Made by a program: the position numbers and the translations under genes. Source: the human T2T-CHM13v2.0 reference genome, Homo sapiens. Taken from it: a DNA stretch of 64,000 bases. This document shows positions 62,601-64,000 of this stretch, piece by piece; positions within the stretch are counted from its first letter, which is position 1, and every line of letters begins with the position of its first letter. Location: the NCBI RefSeq assembly GCF_009914755.1, contig NC_060926.1; one strand, given 5' to 3'. The notes below the pieces were generated by a model. The model saw only the letters and a program-made list of their open reading frames with translations. It did no database searches and had not been told where the DNA came from.

Positions 62601-64000
62601 ATTTGTCTAGCTTTGAGGATTTCGTTGGAAACGGGATTACATATAAAAAGCTGACAGCAGCATTCCCAGAAACTTCTTTGTGATGTTTGCATTCAAGTCA
62701 CAGAGTTGAACATTCCCTTTCATAGAGCAGGTTTGAAACACTCTTTTTGTAGTATCTGGATGTGGACATTTGGAGCACTTTCAGGCCTATGGTGAAAAAG
62801 GAAATATCTTCCCCTGAAAACTAGACAGAAGCATTCTCAGAATCTTATTTGTGATGTGCGCCCTCAACTAACAGTGTTGAACCTTTCTTTTGATAGAGCA
62901 GTTTTGAAACACTCTTTTTGTAAAATCTGCAAGAGGATATTTGGATAGCTTTGAAGATTTCGTTGGAAACGGGATTGTCTTCATATAAACTCTAGACAGA
63001 AGCATTCTCAGAAGCTTCATTGGGATGTTTCAATTGAAGTCACAGTGTTGAACAGTCCCTTTCATAGAGGAGGTTTGAAACACTCTTTTGGTAGTATCTG
63101 GAAGTGGACATTTGGAGTGATCTCAGGAATACGGTGATAAAGGAAATATCTTCCAATAAAAGCTAGATAGAAGCAATGTCAGAAACTTTTTCATGATGTA
63201 TCTACTCAGCTAACAGAGTTGAACCTTTCTTTTGAGAGAGCAGTTTTGAAACACTCTTTTTGTGGAAACTGCAAGTGGATATTTGTCTGGCTTTGAGGAT
63301 TTCGTTGGAAACGGGATTACATATAAAAAGCAGACAGCAGCATTCCCAGAAACTTCTTTGTGATGTTTGCATTCAAGTCACAGAGTTGAACATTCCCTTT
63401 CATAGAGCAGGTTTGAAACACTCTTTTTGTAGTATCTGTATGTGGACATTTGGAGCGCTTTCAGGCCTATGGTGAAAAAGGAAATATCTTCCCCTGAAAA
63501 CTAGACAGAAGCATTCTCAGAAACTTATTTGTGATGTGCGCCCTCAACTAACAGTGTTGAAGCTTTCTTTTGATAGAGTAGTTTTTAAACACTCTTTTTG
63601 TAATATCTGCAAGAGGATATTTGGATAGCTTTGAGGATTTCGTTGGAAACGGGATTGTCTTCACATAAACTCTAGACAGAAGCATTCTCAGAAGCTTCAT
63701 TGGGATGTTTCAATTGAAGTCACAGTGTTGAACAGTTCCTTTCATAGAACAGGTTTGAAACACTCTTTTTGTAGTATCTGGAAGTGGACATTTGGAGCGC
63801 TGTCAGGACTACGGTGAAAAAGGAAATATCTTCCAATAAAAGCTAGATAGAAGCAATGTCAGAAAATTTTTCATGATGTATCTACTCAGCTAACAGAGTT
63901 GAACCTTCCTTTGAGAGAGCAGTTTTGAAACACTCTTTTTGTGGAATCTGCAAGTGGATATTTGTCTAGCTTTGAGGATTTCGCTGGAAACGGGATTACA
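59700..64000 (+). repeat. Tandem duplication, period 3,056 bp (18 monomers), second copy truncated by the window end
   Basis: Shared variants gagcactttc, tttgaagatt, gaggaggttt, tttggtagta, ggagtgatct, gtggaaactgc. ORFs 60204/63260. Confidence 0.85.

Larger units (their letters stand above)
1..64000 (+). repeat. Centromeric alpha-satellite higher-order repeat array (680-bp tetramer, dimeric CENP-B box spacing); probably human chr2 D2Z1, suprachromosomal family 2
   Basis: Continuous ~171-bp tandem monomers with alphoid hallmarks (cattctcagaa, gaaacactctttttgt, tttcgttggaaacggga). The repeated ORFs recur at 680/679-bp steps with occasional 338-bp steps. Alpha-satellite identity is certain. The D2Z1 assignment rests on the known 680-bp XbaI tetramer of chr2 and is less certain (about 0.75). 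Confidence 0.99.

Noticed and set aside
519-63475. About 70 near-identical 64-81 aa plus-strand ORFs (MWNLQVDICL..., MESAS..., MLNSPF...)
   Set aside because: They are chance stop-free frames of the satellite with non-ATG starts, recur at the HOR period, and are freely broken by indels and stops. Similar 'proteins' in databases are known alphoid mis-annotations.
1-64000. CRISPR-like regularly spaced repeats (e.g. gtttgaaac / gttttgaaacactc)
   Set aside because: The intervening sequences are themselves repeated, not unique spacers, and there are no cas genes. The motif is part of the alphoid monomer.
1-64000. L1, Alu or other transposon insertion, or a large inversion
   Set aside because: All spacings in the ORF ladder are accounted for by 680, 338 and 513-bp units, the +32-bp event and 1-bp indels, leaving no room for foreign DNA. 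Orientation is constant.

Overview
The whole 64 kb window is one uninterrupted, single-orientation primate centromeric alpha-satellite array of roughly 375 monomers. I found no genes, RNA genes or transposon insertions; every ORF in the track is a translation artefact of the repeat. The basic higher-order repeat (HOR) is a 680-bp tetramer (monomers I label A 171, B 171, C 167, D 171 bp). It has a canonical CENP-B box in every second monomer (A, C), pJ-alpha-type boxes in B and D, and one XbaI site per HOR. This organisation fits the human chromosome 2 active array D2Z1 (suprachromosomal family 2), assigned from recalled knowledge and not by alignment. The notable content is structural: (i) a 45-bp inverted template-switch insertion creating a 26-bp perfect hairpin, present twice via a 3,090-bp duplication, with an un-rearranged relative at ~10.2 kb; (ii) one odd-numbered 3-mer HOR at ~42 kb that breaks the CENP-B box phase; (iii) recurrent hybrid monomers; (iv) nested super-HOR duplications of 8 to 34 monomers; (v) uneven CENP-B box decay. 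I see no evidence for a new protein- or RNA-coding system. All counts were made by eye and duplication boundaries are approximate.
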